A DNA stretch of 64,000 bases, from NCBI RefSeq assembly GCF_031769215.1, contig NW_026782259.1, positions 930,001 to 994,000 of the forward strand, in the 5' to 3' direction. A program made the position numbers and the translations under genes. Numbering within the stretch: position 1 is the first letter of the stretch; the number at the start of each line of letters is the position of its first letter. Source of the DNA: Ylistrum balloti (lineage: Eukaryota). Shown one piece after another: positions 63,071 through 64,000 of the stretch. The notes under the pieces were generated by a model. It did no database searches. It worked only from the letters and a program-made list of their open reading frames with translations, and was not told the origin of the DNA.

Positions 63071-64000
63071 GCCCCAATTTAATCATATATTTCCTATTCT
63101 TCATTAATGGAATAACTATGCAAGATTTTGATCTTCAGTGGTTTAAAAAGTAAGGAGTCAGTTTAATAATTGTGTTGAACTGCAATCATTAACCACGTAA
63201 TCGTCTTTTGACGTGAAATACATGACCTGGGCCTACATCGGCCCTGACCAAGCGTTTGTTATTCACGAGTCCCCTAACGTTATACTCATATTAGACATGT
63301 GCTCTTTGAGGTGCCTTTTTTTGGTTCACATGTGCTGTGAACCATATAAGCACATGTATTGAACCCCGACCCATTTTCTATTGAACAAAATTTAATCTTG
63401 GCAATCATTTACCTTTAACACTGTATGTCAGATAAATACATAGAAAGGTTACACCTTCAAACTCGCACGGTGATTCACATAGCTGTAATCTAAAAGACAT
63501 ATTTCCTCTAAAAATGAGATCTGGAAGAAATGATTTTAGATCTGAGATAAATTATCTGGGTTTGAACACAGGCACGTTTCAATGAGAAAGTATATAATAC
63601 AAATATCCACGTTAGAGCTCGCGGGTTTAAGTACAGTTTATCGCGTTGTCGTAAGGCATTAGATTAGGAGTTTCATTAAAACTAACAACACATTCGTTAT
63701 TGCCTACCTTAAACTATGTTGAAACTTGCTTATTGAAGATGATTTATACTGCAAATACTGAATAGTATTAAATCAGCTGGTATTTTTTCTTTCCCATATT
63801 CCACTAAGTATTTGATAATGATTTTGTTGTAATCTAATACGAGAACCTGCTGTACCCTGAAACAAGACCACGGAAATAAATTACGAGATAATCTCAGGAT
63901 GTACCTAATATGGCATGTACTTGTTGTCAGGACATTATTTAAAATCTAGAAAGATAATGATGTAAAATGACAGACAAACATTTAGATTTAATTTATTTAC

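Overview
AT-rich eukaryotic genomic window with spliceosomal GT-AG introns. The repeat content (HINE/Helentron-type elements, a CORE-like tRNA SINE, CR1/RTE-like LINE and Penelope-like relics) suggests an invertebrate, probably a bivalve mollusc (inference). Six protein-coding genes were rebuilt by hand with consistent splice phases: (1) the 3' part of a purple acid phosphatase (ACP7-like, +), ending in a transmembrane helix and an acidic-dileucine tail; (2) a 4-exon Rab-like GTPase (+) with Val at the switch-II catalytic Gln position; (3) METTL3 (-, 16 coding exons); (4) a single-coding-exon GT31 beta-1,3-galactosyltransferase-like gene (-); (5) MPV17L2 (-); (6) an hnRNP C/RALY-like RRM gene (+, 7 coding exons) carrying two BCL11/ZFP64-type zinc fingers. 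The rest is introns, intergenic DNA, many tandem arrays (units of 24-111 bp, two arrays over 2 kb), transposon fragments and one 185-N gap. There is no CRISPR array or prokaryotic system. Best leads: the hnRNP C-zinc finger domain combination, the membrane-anchored ACP7 with a CI-MPR-like sorting signal, METTL3-hnRNP C linkage as in human 14q11.2, the Q-to-V Rab, and tandem repeats that run into 3' splice sites.
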